NCBI GenBank assembly: GCA_963666275.2
Contig: CAXXOA010000002.1
Span: forward strand, 1,600,001 to 1,664,000
Reading direction: 5' to 3'
From: Oceanispirochaeta sp.
GTDB taxonomy: Bacteria > Spirochaetota > Spirochaetia > DSM-2461
Length of the DNA stretch: 64,000 nt
Shown here: piece by piece, positions 9,279 through 19,205 of the stretch
How the letters are laid out: every line of letters begins with the position of its first letter
Position numbering within the stretch: position 1 is the stretch's first letter
Position numbers and translations under genes: made by a program
The notes under the pieces: model-generated
What the model saw: only the letters and a program-made list of their open reading frames with translations
Told to the model about the DNA's origin: nothing
The model's database searches: none

Positions 9279-10799
9279 CTATTCCGGACGGCTGAGGAGG
9301 AAACTTTCAAGAAGTCCCTCCTGCCTGGCTCTCAGGTCGGGCTGATCACCCGGGCAGACAGGTTTTTCCAGGCTCTCTTCCCTGAGGGATATTGTCGGCA
9401 GGCCATACCAGGATTTTTCCGGCTCTCCGTTGTCTTCCAGCCACAGGGCTGTTTCCGTGAACTCCTCTGATCCGATAGCTGTAAAGGGTATGGTAAACTC
9501 GCAGAATGAGCCGTTAACCGCGCCGTCTTTTCCTGAAAATATAGTTTCTAAGGCATTCCAGTCGTCTTCCCATTTTCCGGAACTGTTTTTGACAGTCGGC
9601 AGATAGTCAGCTTTGGTGTACCACCGTCCTGATTCTTTATAGAGTTCCATAAGGATCCGATGGTCCGTAAATGATACAGACAGCTGGGCAACAGGCCAGT
9701 AGATTTTCTCATCCCGCATTTTCAGCCCGATCTGAAGAGCATCTCCTTGGGGGGATAGGGCGAGTTTCAGATATTCGGGCATATATCTGATATTCACAGG
9801 GGCACCCCGGTAATCCTTCAGATTCTCATCCCAGGCACGGTAGGCCGGGACATTTCTCCAGTCCTCCGGACTGCCGTCCAGAACAATATACGCCACAGGA
9901 AGTATCTCTGTTCTGTAGATATAGGAACGGTAGCTGGACATGGTAAGTTCTTCGGATTTCAACTTCAGTTCGTCCAGGGAGAGACTTCCCGCATAGGCTT
10001 TTACCAGCCCCTGAATTTCCAGAATCCTCTTCAGCACCTCCTGTCGCCTGGATACCTTGTCCATTCCCAGAAAAACGGCTTCTTCCGCTTCTCCCAGCTG
10101 GTTCATGGTCTCTTCGGTCAGGTAGGGTATATCAAAAGAGAAGGAAACTTCTCCTCCCTCTTCCAGATCGAAGGGCTGTTTCACTAGCTCTATCTCCCTG
10201 TCTCTCATTGCTGTGAGACGTATTGTATGGGAGCCGTAGAGGAGCTTGGGGATGTTTGTTATATTGTCGCCCACCAGAGCATGGTCTATGTAGACTTTGT
10301 AAGGTGCCTCAAAACCCGTATTGGTAAAAATCAGGGAACCATAGCCGATATGCTGACCTGAAAAACCTCCGATCAGTTCGGGAACAAGTATATCGGTGGC
10401 ATCAAAGATATCCAGAATCGAATCGGCAACCACTTCCCTGGTAATGGATACGCTGCCGCTGGCCCGGTCGAATACATTCAGAGCGATAGTGTAGCTTCCG
10501 TTGTCTTCGGGGCGGATCTCTCCGAAAATAACACTGTCGATATTTCCTCTTTCCGCATAACCGGCCAGTTGATCCGGTTCTTCCGGAGGAGTCTCTTCTG
10601 TAGAAATCTCATACCGGTCCAGCAGCCGTAAGGTCAGATCAGCTGTTTCGGTCACCGTATTTCCCAGGGCGGACAGAGTGGAATTGCCCTCTCCGGTAAA
10701 GAGAGGAATCACTGATACCCTCGGTTTCGGCTCCTGAGAGGAGAGGGGCAGGGAGAACAGGAAGAGGGCTGTCATAAATTTCCACGTCAATTGGTTCAT
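9279..10799 (-). CDS. Exported multidomain hypothetical protein
   Basis: 506 aa, signal peptide, TolB-N/CsgG-like start (VSVIPL), PEGA-like VYIDHALVG, IVLDGSPEDW motif. Confidence 0.7.
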   Translation of the reverse strand: MNQLTWKFMTALFLFSLPLSSQEPKPRVSVIPLFTGEGNSTLSALGNTVTETADLTLRLLDRYEISTEETPPEEPDQLAGYAERGNIDSVIFGEIRPEDNGSYTIALNVFDRASGSVSITREVVADSILDIFDATDILVPELIGGFSGQHIGYGSLIFTNTGFEAPYKVYIDHALVGDNITNIPKLLYGSHTIRLTAMRDREIELVKQPFDLEEGGEVSFSFDIPYLTEETMNQLGEAEEAVFLGMDKVSRRQEVLKRILEIQGLVKAYAGSLSLDELKLKSEELTMSSYRSYIYRTEILPVAYIVLDGSPEDWRNVPAYRAWDENLKDYRGAPVNIRYMPEYLKLALSPQGDALQIGLKMRDEKIYWPVAQLSVSFTDHRILMELYKESGRWYTKADYLPTVKNSSGKWEDDWNALETIFSGKDGAVNGSFCEFTIPFTAIGSEEFTETALWLEDNGEPEKSWYGLPTISLREESLEKPVCPGDQPDLRARQEGLLESFLLSRPE

Positions 10800-10815
10800 T
10801 TTGAATCTCCTTGAA

Positions 10816-11817
10816 TCATCTGGGAAAGAGGAGATGGTTTCCCAGAAGGCGTTTCAGGCTGTCTCCCTTCAGGAACATCCGGAATGCCTCCTGTCCGTCG
10901 GGAGTTCCCAGGTAAATTTGGTACTCCCTGCCTCTGGAACTGACGGGGACATAGGCATGGACCTGTCCTTTTTCATCTTCCCAGAAGCTTCCCCGGAGTT
11001 TGACAGGCTGATTTTCTATGAATGTGTCATAGGTAAAACTGCGCAGTACCGCACCTTCCGGCGTCTGAGGTGCGGATTCTTCGGGATCCCGGGTCCATAC
11101 GGAGGCAAGGATCATGGCGCCTTCCTCTTCGATGTGACGCAGGATAAAACCGTCCCTGAAGTCATCGATCCATTTCCAGCCGGGATCCTGAAAGTTGCGG
11201 AACATAAAAGAATCTTTTCTGATTCTCTTTTCGAATGAGGGCTCGCTGAGATTAAAAGAGCTGTAGATCTCCCGGAAGGTCAGTTCATCCAGAGTCTCTC
11301 CTGCGCTCTCTCTGATCCTCAGTGTGAAGTAGAGTTTGTTGGCCCTGGCGGTCTTGTAGGTAAAAACCGTCTGGTAGATATGGTTCTCAGTTCCGTCTAT
11401 CTGAAGAACAGAAAGATCCCGTGAAAAATTTCCCCAGGGCTCTGATGCAGTCTGGATAAGAGTGATCCCCCGGGGCTCCTCATTCTGCCCGTAGAGGGTA
11501 TAGTGCTCCCTGTTAAATGTCAGCCCCGCCTGTTCCACTCTAAGGACTCCCTGAAGAGTCCCGTCGGCATTATGAAAATGGAAGAGGTCCTTTTCAGTGC
11601 CTTCCCCCCGGGGGGCGCTGAATGACCAGTCACCGGGAAGCTGCAGTTCCACTCCCTCCAGGCCGATGGAATTGAGTTCTATAAGCTGAATCTCTTCTAT
11701 TTCCCTTGGTCCGGTTTCGCCGGGGGGTGAAATCTTATCAGTACCTGATACACATCCGGAGGCCGTAAGAAATGAAAGAATAACCAAAATAAATAAAAAT
11801 TGACTGTAAACTCTCAT
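10816..11817 (-). CDS. Hypothetical lipoprotein
   Basis: 333 aa; hydrophobic leader ending TASGC. Confidence 0.7.
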   Translation of the reverse strand: MRVYSQFLFILVILSFLTASGCVSGTDKISPPGETGPREIEEIQLIELNSIGLEGVELQLPGDWSFSAPRGEGTEKDLFHFHNADGTLQGVLRVEQAGLTFNREHYTLYGQNEEPRGITLIQTASEPWGNFSRDLSVLQIDGTENHIYQTVFTYKTARANKLYFTLRIRESAGETLDELTFREIYSSFNLSEPSFEKRIRKDSFMFRNFQDPGWKWIDDFRDGFILRHIEEEGAMILASVWTRDPEESAPQTPEGAVLRSFTYDTFIENQPVKLRGSFWEDEKGQVHAYVPVSSRGREYQIYLGTPDGQEAFRMFLKGDSLKRLLGNHLLFPR

Positions 11818-11823
11818 AATTCC

Positions 11824-11852
11824 AGTATTCGGGGAGTTTGTAAAAGAATCAA
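11824..11852 (-). promoter_or_regulatory. Putative sigma70 promoter, probably leaderless
   Basis: TTGATT-17 nt-AATACT-6 nt-ATG(11817); no SD. Confidence 0.45.
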
Positions 11853-11867
11853 TAGTTCATTTACATT

Positions 11868-12560
11868 TTATCTCTGGAACCTGTATCCCCGTCCCCGGAT
11901 GGTCTGTATATGTACAGGCTTTTCCGACTCATTCAGTTTCTGACGCAGTTTGGCTATATGGACATCTACGGTTCTGGTTGTTGTTTCACTGCCATATCCC
12001 CAAACCTCATCCAGAATCCGGTCCCGACTGAGCAGCTCATCAGGATTCGTGAGGAAAAACTCGAGCAGCCTGAACTCTTTGGTATGAAGGGAAATCTCCC
12101 GGGAACCGGCCATGAGGGATCCTCGGATTGTATTCAGAGTGAATTGTCCGAAGTTGAATATCCCCTGGCAGGAAGAATCCTTTCCCTTTTCGTTTAGGGA
12201 GGATCTCCTCAGCAGGGCTTCTATCCTGGCAAGGAGTACTCCCATGTCGAAAGGTTTTGCCAGGTAATCATCGGCTCCCTGACGGAGTCCTATAATTGTA
12301 TCCAGATCAGTATTTCTCGCTGTGAGCATCAGGATCGGTGTTAGGATATTCCGGTCTCTCAGGTTCCGGCAGACCGCAAAACCGTCTCTTCCGGGAAGCA
12401 TAATATCCAGAAGAATAAGATCGTAAAAGTCTTTTGCCGCCTCCTCTTCTCCTTGAATCCCGTCCTCCCTCACAACTACCTGGTATCCTTCCGAAGTCAG
12501 ACGATCTTCAAGAGTTATCTGAACTCCCGGCTCATCTTCTATGATAAGTATTTTAATCAT
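11868..12560 (-). CDS. OmpR/PhoB-family response regulator
   Basis: IIEDE, LLDIMLP, GADDYLAKPF, TRTVDVHIAKLRQKL, TIRGRGY. Confidence 0.95.
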   Translation of the reverse strand: MIKILIIEDEPGVQITLEDRLTSEGYQVVVREDGIQGEEEAAKDFYDLILLDIMLPGRDGFAVCRNLRDRNILTPILMLTARNTDLDTIIGLRQGADDYLAKPFDMGVLLARIEALLRRSSLNEKGKDSSCQGIFNFGQFTLNTIRGSLMAGSREISLHTKEFRLLEFFLTNPDELLSRDRILDEVWGYGSETTTRTVDVHIAKLRQKLNESEKPVHIQTIRGRGYRFQR

Positions 12561-14316
12561 TATGAATATCCTCTTCTGTATCGGTGAATGAGCAGGGGAG
12601 GTTCATTGTAAACCGACATCCCTGCTGTCTGCTACCATCAGGGGTCCGGTAGGGGCTTTCCAATTCCAGGGATCCTCCGGCAACCTGCAGTTTCCGGGAT
12701 AGGATGAATAGTCCCAATCCGCTCCCCTTTTCCTGATTCTGACGACTGAAACGACCTCTGTAAAAGGGGGTCAGTACTTTTTTCTGCTCATTCGGCGGGA
12801 TTCCCCGCCCTTCATCCTCTACTGTTACCACCAGGGAGCCGGGGATCCCTGTTTTTATTTTAACCCTGATAGTCCCTTCCTCTTTTCCATAAGCATGAAG
12901 GAGGCTGTTCATCAGCAGATTGTTAATTCCCAGACGGAGCAGATCCGGATCTCCATAACATTTCAACTCCCCGGATGCTGTATCCAGGGAGAGGGTTATT
13001 CCCTGTTTTTCCGCCAGCGGTTTTACACTTTCAACAGTATCAGCCGCTATTTCCCTACCGTCCAGCTTGACTTGTTCCTGTCCTTGAGGCTGACCTTCCA
13101 TACTGGAAAACTGAAGGATCTCTTCAATCATACGGGAGAGCCGTTTTACCTGATCCATGATCAGTTCTCCATATTTTACTGCCCTTTCGGGAGCGACAAT
13201 TCCCTCAGAAAGGTTATCTGATGCCGATTGAATAACAGTCAGGGGCGTTCTCAGTTCATGAGTCATGGAGGCGACAAATTCTTTCTCCCTGTTCCGTATC
13301 ATGGAAAGTCTCATCAGCTGGAACATAGCCAGAAGGAAAATCAGAGCGATCCCCACCAGAATTATCATACTCTGAATCCAGTGCATGGCGAACTGCTTTT
13401 CTATAGAGAGATAGAAGGGGTTGTTTTTTAATCCTATTCTCAGAAACCGGATGTTCCGGTCTTCCACGTATCTGCTCTGTTCTAAATCTATCTCTTCCGT
13501 AAATAAAGCGGACAGTTGATTGGGGTCTCCCTCGAGTCTGTCGGGCCTTTTTGTCTGAAAAGGATCAGGTAGAAACACAATGTGATCAATATTTTCACTG
13601 TGATTCCACCCGAGAAGGGATTGTATCGGATGAAATGGGTAGTCTACTTTGTGAAGTGGAGGAGGGCCGATTCTATCCTGCAGAGGAATATCTTCACGCC
13701 CCTGTAAAAGGTCATAGTTTTCAAGCTGCTCCTCAAGGGCCGGTTCAATATAGAGTTTTTCAAAACTGAACCAGTCCAGTTCCAGAACAGCAGTAAATCT
13801 TTCCTGGTTAAAGGGGGTATGCAGGAATACAACTTCAATTAGCTCGGTAATTCCCTTCTCTTTTACAAAGAAATCAGTTCCTCCCGGCGGCGGATTGGAG
13901 AGGCCGGTCCCATCGGGAAAAATATCCCCTTGTGCAGACTGCCAATCACCCGAATCATCCAGAAAAAGGAGTATTCCGGGGTTTTCACTTTCCGAGTATC
14001 CGATCTTATGGATGAGACCGCCCTCCTGTGTATCCGAGCCGTAAAGATCGACCAGAGTACGGAGGCTCTGTCTGAGTGAGGGTTCATCGGAAGGCAGCTG
14101 TTTCAGTGCCTGAAGAATCAGGGTTATCCTTTGGGTTTCTCTGAAGTACGTCCTGTATACAATGGAATCGAGTCTTCTTTTTTCATCTTCTATGGCACGG
14201 TCTCCCAGGTTCCTGTAGAACCTGTGAATCATAAGGCTGCCAACAAGCAGAAGAACCAGAATGGGGAGTATCAGGAACAGAGGGATAAGCTGCCCTCTGA
14301 CTTTGAGCTGTTTCAT
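12553..14316 (-). CDS. Membrane sensor histidine kinase
   Basis: Two TM helices, MTHELRTPL, DEGRGI, GSGLGL; overlaps the response regulator start. Confidence 0.9.
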   Translation of the reverse strand: MKQLKVRGQLIPLFLILPILVLLLVGSLMIHRFYRNLGDRAIEDEKRRLDSIVYRTYFRETQRITLILQALKQLPSDEPSLRQSLRTLVDLYGSDTQEGGLIHKIGYSESENPGILLFLDDSGDWQSAQGDIFPDGTGLSNPPPGGTDFFVKEKGITELIEVVFLHTPFNQERFTAVLELDWFSFEKLYIEPALEEQLENYDLLQGREDIPLQDRIGPPPLHKVDYPFHPIQSLLGWNHSENIDHIVFLPDPFQTKRPDRLEGDPNQLSALFTEEIDLEQSRYVEDRNIRFLRIGLKNNPFYLSIEKQFAMHWIQSMIILVGIALIFLLAMFQLMRLSMIRNREKEFVASMTHELRTPLTVIQSASDNLSEGIVAPERAVKYGELIMDQVKRLSRMIEEILQFSSMEGQPQGQEQVKLDGREIAADTVESVKPLAEKQGITLSLDTASGELKCYGDPDLLRLGINNLLMNSLLHAYGKEEGTIRVKIKTGIPGSLVVTVEDEGRGIPPNEQKKVLTPFYRGRFSRQNQEKGSGLGLFILSRKLQVAGGSLELESPYRTPDGSRQQGCRFTMNLPCSFTDTEEDIHND

Positions 14317-14377
14317 ATAGGTACAATACCCCGTGATGCTGTTTCAAATCCACCGGAAACAGCTTTTCCCGATCATG

Positions 14378-14414
14378 TTTTACATATTTTACATTCATTT
14401 TACTCCTTTTTCAC
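14378..14414. promoter_or_regulatory. Phased TTTTAC direct repeats, candidate OmpR-family binding site
   Basis: TTTTAC at 14378, 14387 and 14398 and TTTCAC at 14409, between the divergent two-component genes and the efflux operon. Confidence 0.45.
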
Positions 14415-14459
14415 CTAAGGAAACGAATCCGGATTTAGAGTTACATTCGGAGGCAGTTA

Positions 14460-15752
14460 ATGGATGGAGCGGAAAAAATTATACAGTTGGAAGATGTGAA
14501 ACCGAAAAGATCCCGCGAAAAGAAACGGCGGAACCTGATTTCGCTCCTGCTTGTTTCGCTTCTGATCCTTGCTGTCTTCGGCTGGTTCTTGTTTAAGAGC
14601 AGCCGTAGTCTTGTTTCTATCCGGGGATACACTCTGACTCAGGTTAAAGAGGGACAGTTCATCACCACCACAGAGGCGAGCGGAACAGTGATTCTTCCCA
14701 CACAGGTTGAAATAGTCAGCCCTCAGGATGGGTATACTTCTTTGCTTTTTGTAGAGGAAGGTGATCAGGTGACGCCGGAGGATATTCTGGCGGAACTGGA
14801 TGTACCAGACCTTGTGGACTCCCTCAATCAGCTTAAGGTCTCTCTGGAACAGGCGGAGATTGAGCTGGAAAGTCTGGAAAACAGCTGGTTCTATCAGATC
14901 GAACAGCTTAGACGGGATCTTGCCAGGCTGGACCTTGATATCATCGATGCCCGTGAGGATGTGGATTCCTACAAGGAACTGGCTCTTCTGAAAAGCTCCC
15001 GGCAGAGCGATTATGAAGATGCGGAAAATACGCTGACCTCTCTGCTGGAGGAACAGGAGGATCTGCAGGCTGATCTGGAAGAGGCGCTTGTATCAAAAGA
15101 TATTGATTTAAGAAAACAGAAGGCTGCGATTCGTCAGCTGCAGGTGGACCTGGAAATTGCGGAAAAGGATATGGAAGAAACCAGAATCACCAGCCCCATT
15201 GCCGGTGAGGTCCTCAGTATCAACGATGATCTTTATATACAAGGAAGCCTGATAGAACAGGCCGACTCCCTTTTTGTTGTTGCTGACAGAAGCGATGTTT
15301 TCATTGATTTTGATGTGTATGAGCAGTATGTAGGGCTTCTGGAGCCGGAAGATGAGATGACCGTAACAGTGGGAACTACCACGATGAAAGCACAAATCAT
15401 AAAAATCGGAAAAATCGCCACACTGGATACGGACGGCCTGGCAGCCATGGTCACTGTCAGAGCCAGGCCGATGGGAGAGCAGACGCTTACTCCAGGTGCT
15501 TCAGCCGCCGCCAGTATTGATCTCAGTATCCGGGAAAATGTTCTTCTCCTTCCCAGAGGGGCATGGCTGACAACGGGAGGTCAGGAATATGTTTATGTGA
15601 AGGAAGGGGATACTGCGGTTAAAAAGAAAATTACCCTTGGAGAGATCCAGGGGACAGATGTGGAAATTCTGAAAGGTCTTGATCCTGGTGATCAGGTCAT
15701 AACCAGCAGTTATCAAACCTATATCGATCAGAACCGGGTTCTTCTGAAGTAG
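14460..15752 (+). CDS. Efflux periplasmic adaptor (HlyD/MacA-like membrane fusion protein)
   Basis: N-terminal TM, VEEGDQV lipoyl half, long coiled coil, ITSPIAGEV, GLDPGDQVI. Confidence 0.9.
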   Translation: MDGAEKIIQLEDVKPKRSREKKRRNLISLLLVSLLILAVFGWFLFKSSRSLVSIRGYTLTQVKEGQFITTTEASGTVILPTQVEIVSPQDGYTSLLFVEEGDQVTPEDILAELDVPDLVDSLNQLKVSLEQAEIELESLENSWFYQIEQLRRDLARLDLDIIDAREDVDSYKELALLKSSRQSDYEDAENTLTSLLEEQEDLQADLEEALVSKDIDLRKQKAAIRQLQVDLEIAEKDMEETRITSPIAGEVLSINDDLYIQGSLIEQADSLFVVADRSDVFIDFDVYEQYVGLLEPEDEMTVTVGTTTMKAQIIKIGKIATLDTDGLAAMVTVRARPMGEQTLTPGASAAASIDLSIRENVLLLPRGAWLTTGGQEYVYVKEGDTAVKKKITLGEIQGTDVEILKGLDPGDQVITSSYQTYIDQNRVLLK

Positions 15753-15784
15753 AAGGATTAGTCATTCAATCAAAGGAAAATACT

Positions 15785-16480
15785 ATGATTAAACTTGAAC
15801 ATATTAACAAAATTTACGATTTGGGAGAAACAAAAGTTAAGGCTCTCAACAATATTACTCTTTCTATAGAAAGAGGTGAATATATAGCCATTATGGGACC
15901 TTCAGGCTCGGGAAAGTCCACTCTCATGCATATACTGGGGATCCTTGATTCTCCCAGTTCCGGGAAGTATCTGCTGGAAGATTATGATATTACCGGTTTG
16001 CCCGACAAGGAGCAGGCAAGGATCAGAAACCGTCATTTCGGTTTTATTTTCCAGAGCTTCAATCTCTTTCCCGAACTGAGTGCTCTTGAGAATGTCATGC
16101 TCCCCATGAGCTATGCGGGAATCCCTTTCCAGAAAAGACAGAAGCGGGCCTGCGAACTCCTGGATGAGGTCGGGCTCTCCCGCAGGATGCAGCACCTTCC
16201 TACGATGCTCAGCGGGGGAGAACAGCAGCGGGTCGCCATTGCCCGGGCTCTCTGCAATAATCCCGATCTCATTCTGGCAGATGAACCCACCGGTAATCTG
16301 CCCAGCGATAAAGGTGAGGAAATCATGAATATCCTCGAGAATCTCAATCGCCGGGGCGTTACCGTTGTTATGGTCACTCATAATCCCAAGCAGGGACAGA
16401 GAGCCAGGAGGGTTATTTCTCTTCAGGATGGAGAGCTGCGTAAGGAAGTGGTGCTTCTGGAGCCAGGTCATGCTGAATGA
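15785..16480 (+). CDS. ABC transporter ATP-binding protein (MacB/LolD-like)
   Basis: [35 protein letters not shown]. Confidence 0.95.
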   Translation: MIKLEHINKIYDLGETKVKALNNITLSIERGEYIAIMGPSGSGKSTLMHILGILDSPSSGKYLLEDYDITGLPDKEQARIRNRHFGFIFQSFNLFPELSALENVMLPMSYAGIPFQKRQKRACELLDEVGLSRRMQHLPTMLSGGEQQRVAIARALCNNPDLILADEPTGNLPSDKGEEIMNILENLNRRGVTVVMVTHNPKQGQRARRVISLQDGELRKEVVLLEPGHAE

Positions 16481-17867
16481 ACCGCTGAAAATTCTGGTTA
16501 GACGATCGACATCCCGGTTTCTTGAAACCGGTCTTTTGATCCTTGCCGTCGCATTGGGTATTGGGGCTGCTTCTGCGGGACTCTCTCTCATGGTCAATAC
16601 TCTTAAGTCTTCAGCGGAAATGCTGGCATCTCCCGATTATCGAGAGATTGTGGTCAGTACTGCTTCGGAAGCCGGAGAAATGGAAAAGCCGGTGAACCTG
16701 AAAGCTGTCAGTGAAACCGCCGTGTTATCCTCTGCAGATCTGGATGCCTCCGCTATGGCTCCGGCGGTGGCATACGGTTATGTAAAAAATCGCTCCCGGA
16801 TGAATTTTATCAATGAAGAATCGATCGAACGGGATCAGAAGCGTCATGAGGAAATGGGAGATAATGCTCTTCCAGGTAATCCACCGGGAGATATGGAGGG
16901 GGGGGCGGAGAACTCCGAAGCGCCTCCTGGAGAGGATATGGGTACGTTCAGACCACCCGAACAGATCGATCTGCAGGACTATACCGGAGAGGAAGGTATT
17001 CTGATTGTTGATCTCGAGGAGGCCAGCGGATATGAAGTTACCAACGGTTTCTTCGACGCCTGGGGACTGACACCGGCTTATGGGAGCCTTTTCTCCCGGG
17101 AAGAGTTGACCGGTACAGCGTCTGTTACTGTTCTAGGGGCTGACCTGGCAGAGGATATTCTGCCGGAAGGATACGGCCTCTCCGACCTTGTCGGTAAGAA
17201 AATCCTCACCAGAGAGGGGCTTGTTACCATCATTGCTGTCCTCGAAAAAGGGAGCGATGCCAACAACCGGGCTTTTTTCTCTCCCTATCAGTCCGATGGA
17301 GGAAGGATCTTCTTTCGGCGTATGTTTATGAATACCCAGCTTCGCTTTACAGTGAATGATCCGAAAGACCTGGATGAAACAGCCCTGCAGCTCCAGAGCT
17401 GGTTTGACAGCCGGTACGGTGATCAGCAGATTGTTATATCCAACCCCAGATCAGAAGCTCTTCAGCTTGTGCGCAGGAACACCGGCATAGGGGTCCTGAT
17501 CCTGTTCCTTTCCCTGGCCTCCCTTTTTATTGCATCGGTAAATGTTTCCAATCTCCTTCTCAGCCGTTCACTGCGAATGAAACAGCAAGTAGGGATTCTA
17601 ATGGCTCTGGGAGCATCGAGGAAAGATGTATTCTCTCTTTTTTTCTGGGAGGCTGCTGGTATTGTCCTACTGGGAGCCATCCTGGGAACAATCTTTTCCA
17701 TACCTCTGGAAAGTTATATGTCCCAGGCTCTGGAAATAACAGGGCAGAAATGGATTTTCACTCTTCCAGGTGTTTTATTTTCAGGATTCCTCACACTGTC
17801 TTTCAGTCTTTTCCCTTCAAGACAGTTCAGTCGAATTGATCCGGCGCCTGCAATGAGGGCTGTCTGA
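16470..17867 (+). CDS. ABC transporter permease (MacB/FtsX-like) 1
   Basis: One TM, large periplasmic domain, three TM; GILMALGASRKDV; start reassigned to ATG 16470. Confidence 0.85.
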   Translation: MLNEPLKILVRRSTSRFLETGLLILAVALGIGAASAGLSLMVNTLKSSAEMLASPDYREIVVSTASEAGEMEKPVNLKAVSETAVLSSADLDASAMAPAVAYGYVKNRSRMNFINEESIERDQKRHEEMGDNALPGNPPGDMEGGAENSEAPPGEDMGTFRPPEQIDLQDYTGEEGILIVDLEEASGYEVTNGFFDAWGLTPAYGSLFSREELTGTASVTVLGADLAEDILPEGYGLSDLVGKKILTREGLVTIIAVLEKGSDANNRAFFSPYQSDGGRIFFRRMFMNTQLRFTVNDPKDLDETALQLQSWFDSRYGDQQIVISNPRSEALQLVRRNTGIGVLILFLSLASLFIASVNVSNLLLSRSLRMKQQVGILMALGASRKDVFSLFFWEAAGIVLLGAILGTIFSIPLESYMSQALEITGQKWIFTLPGVLFSGFLTLSFSLFPSRQFSRIDPAPAMRAV

Positions 17868-17895
17868 TCAGAGCAGGAATAATAAGGATACAAGC

Positions 17896-19203
17896 ATGAA
17901 AAAATTTATAACTATGTTAATAAGGAACTGGACAGGCTCTCCCGGGAAAATCCTTCTGACCCTGGCTTCTGTCGCATTAGGCACAGGTATTCTAACCCTG
18001 GCAGACAGTGCGGGAAGAGTGCTGGATGATCAGATACAAAAGTCACTGGATAGTAACGGGCTTGTCCTCTATGCTGCCAATGGTGAATGGGACAGTGATG
18101 GGCATATTGATCAGGTAAGGCCCTCTGAGTGGGATTCTGATACCCCGTCTCTTCTGGTCAGTGAACTGGAACAGCTCTCTGAGGCAGTACCTGTTACAGC
18201 TCCGCCATTCGGGCAGATAACAACAAACGGCAAATCGTATAATCTGCGATCCGCTGTGGGAACGGGTCCGGAATATTTTGATATTTTTTCCCTTGAGCTT
18301 ATAGTCGGAGTTCCTATGAAAGATGAGGATATAACACTTGGCAGCAGAAAGGTCTGGATAAGCTCGGAAATGGCGCAGCAGCTTTATGGGTCTCCCGATA
18401 ATGCTCCGGGGCAGTGGATTCAGCCTCCCGGGGAAGTTTTAAACAGAGGGCCCGGTGGGCGGGATCGGAATATGGTGATTCAATACTCAGTAGGGGGAGT
18501 TTTTGCCTCTCCCACGGAAATTGCCAGACGTTCCTATGGGATCGGCGATATTATCTTTCCCTATACATCTCTGATTACTGCCGGTGGCAATATTCAGATG
18601 ATGAAGGATATGATGGCCGGTCAGTTTGTCATGAAAGCATATGATTCCTCTGCTCAAAGAGTGAAAGCCGCTGTCGTGGAGACTCTGACCCGGAATTACG
18701 GCTATGATTCCAGTGCTGTTGTCTGGGAAGGCTCTCCCGGAGGAGCCTCTGATTATATGGATCAGCTCAGAAGTTCTGTAAAAATATTTTCAGTCTCCCT
18801 TTCTCTTCTGGGAATGCTTCTTCTCCTCACAAGCTCTCTGGGGATCTTCAGCATCATGGTGGTGGAAGCTCTGAACCGCCGCCGCGTCATCGCTTTGGAA
18901 AGGGCTCTGGGTGCTTCTCGGGGAATTGTGTTGAGAGAGTTCTGGTCCTGGTCTCTGGCATTGAGTCTGGTCGGGGGGATTCTCGGCATTCTCTTTGCCA
19001 TTGTATTTGCCAGGCCCGTATTGGGGACATTGAGTCCTCTGGCGGGAGAGGTGGCCGGCAATTTTACCGAGGCAGCGGGAGTCAGGTTTCCATCGGTCCT
19101 TTTCAGCCTTTCTCTGGCGGTTTTATTCGGCGGGGTTCTGGGAATACTTCCGGCATTTTCCGCCCTGAAAGGAAATATCGCAGATACCATAAGGGAGGTC
19201 TGA
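17896..19203 (+). CDS. ABC transporter permease (MacB/FtsX-like) 2
   Basis: Same topology; IALERALGASRG; GILPA. Confidence 0.85.
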   Translation: MKKFITMLIRNWTGSPGKILLTLASVALGTGILTLADSAGRVLDDQIQKSLDSNGLVLYAANGEWDSDGHIDQVRPSEWDSDTPSLLVSELEQLSEAVPVTAPPFGQITTNGKSYNLRSAVGTGPEYFDIFSLELIVGVPMKDEDITLGSRKVWISSEMAQQLYGSPDNAPGQWIQPPGEVLNRGPGGRDRNMVIQYSVGGVFASPTEIARRSYGIGDIIFPYTSLITAGGNIQMMKDMMAGQFVMKAYDSSAQRVKAAVVETLTRNYGYDSSAVVWEGSPGGASDYMDQLRSSVKIFSVSLSLLGMLLLLTSSLGIFSIMVVEALNRRRVIALERALGASRGIVLREFWSWSLALSLVGGILGILFAIVFARPVLGTLSPLAGEVAGNFTEAAGVRFPSVLFSLSLAVLFGGVLGILPAFSALKGNIADTIREV

Positions 19204-19205
19204 GG

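Noticed and set aside
16365..16469. N-terminal extensions in the ORF track (also rimO, eno, pflX-like, LEA_2 and 60137)
   Set aside because: Downstream ATGs fit SD position, gene overlap and family N-termini better
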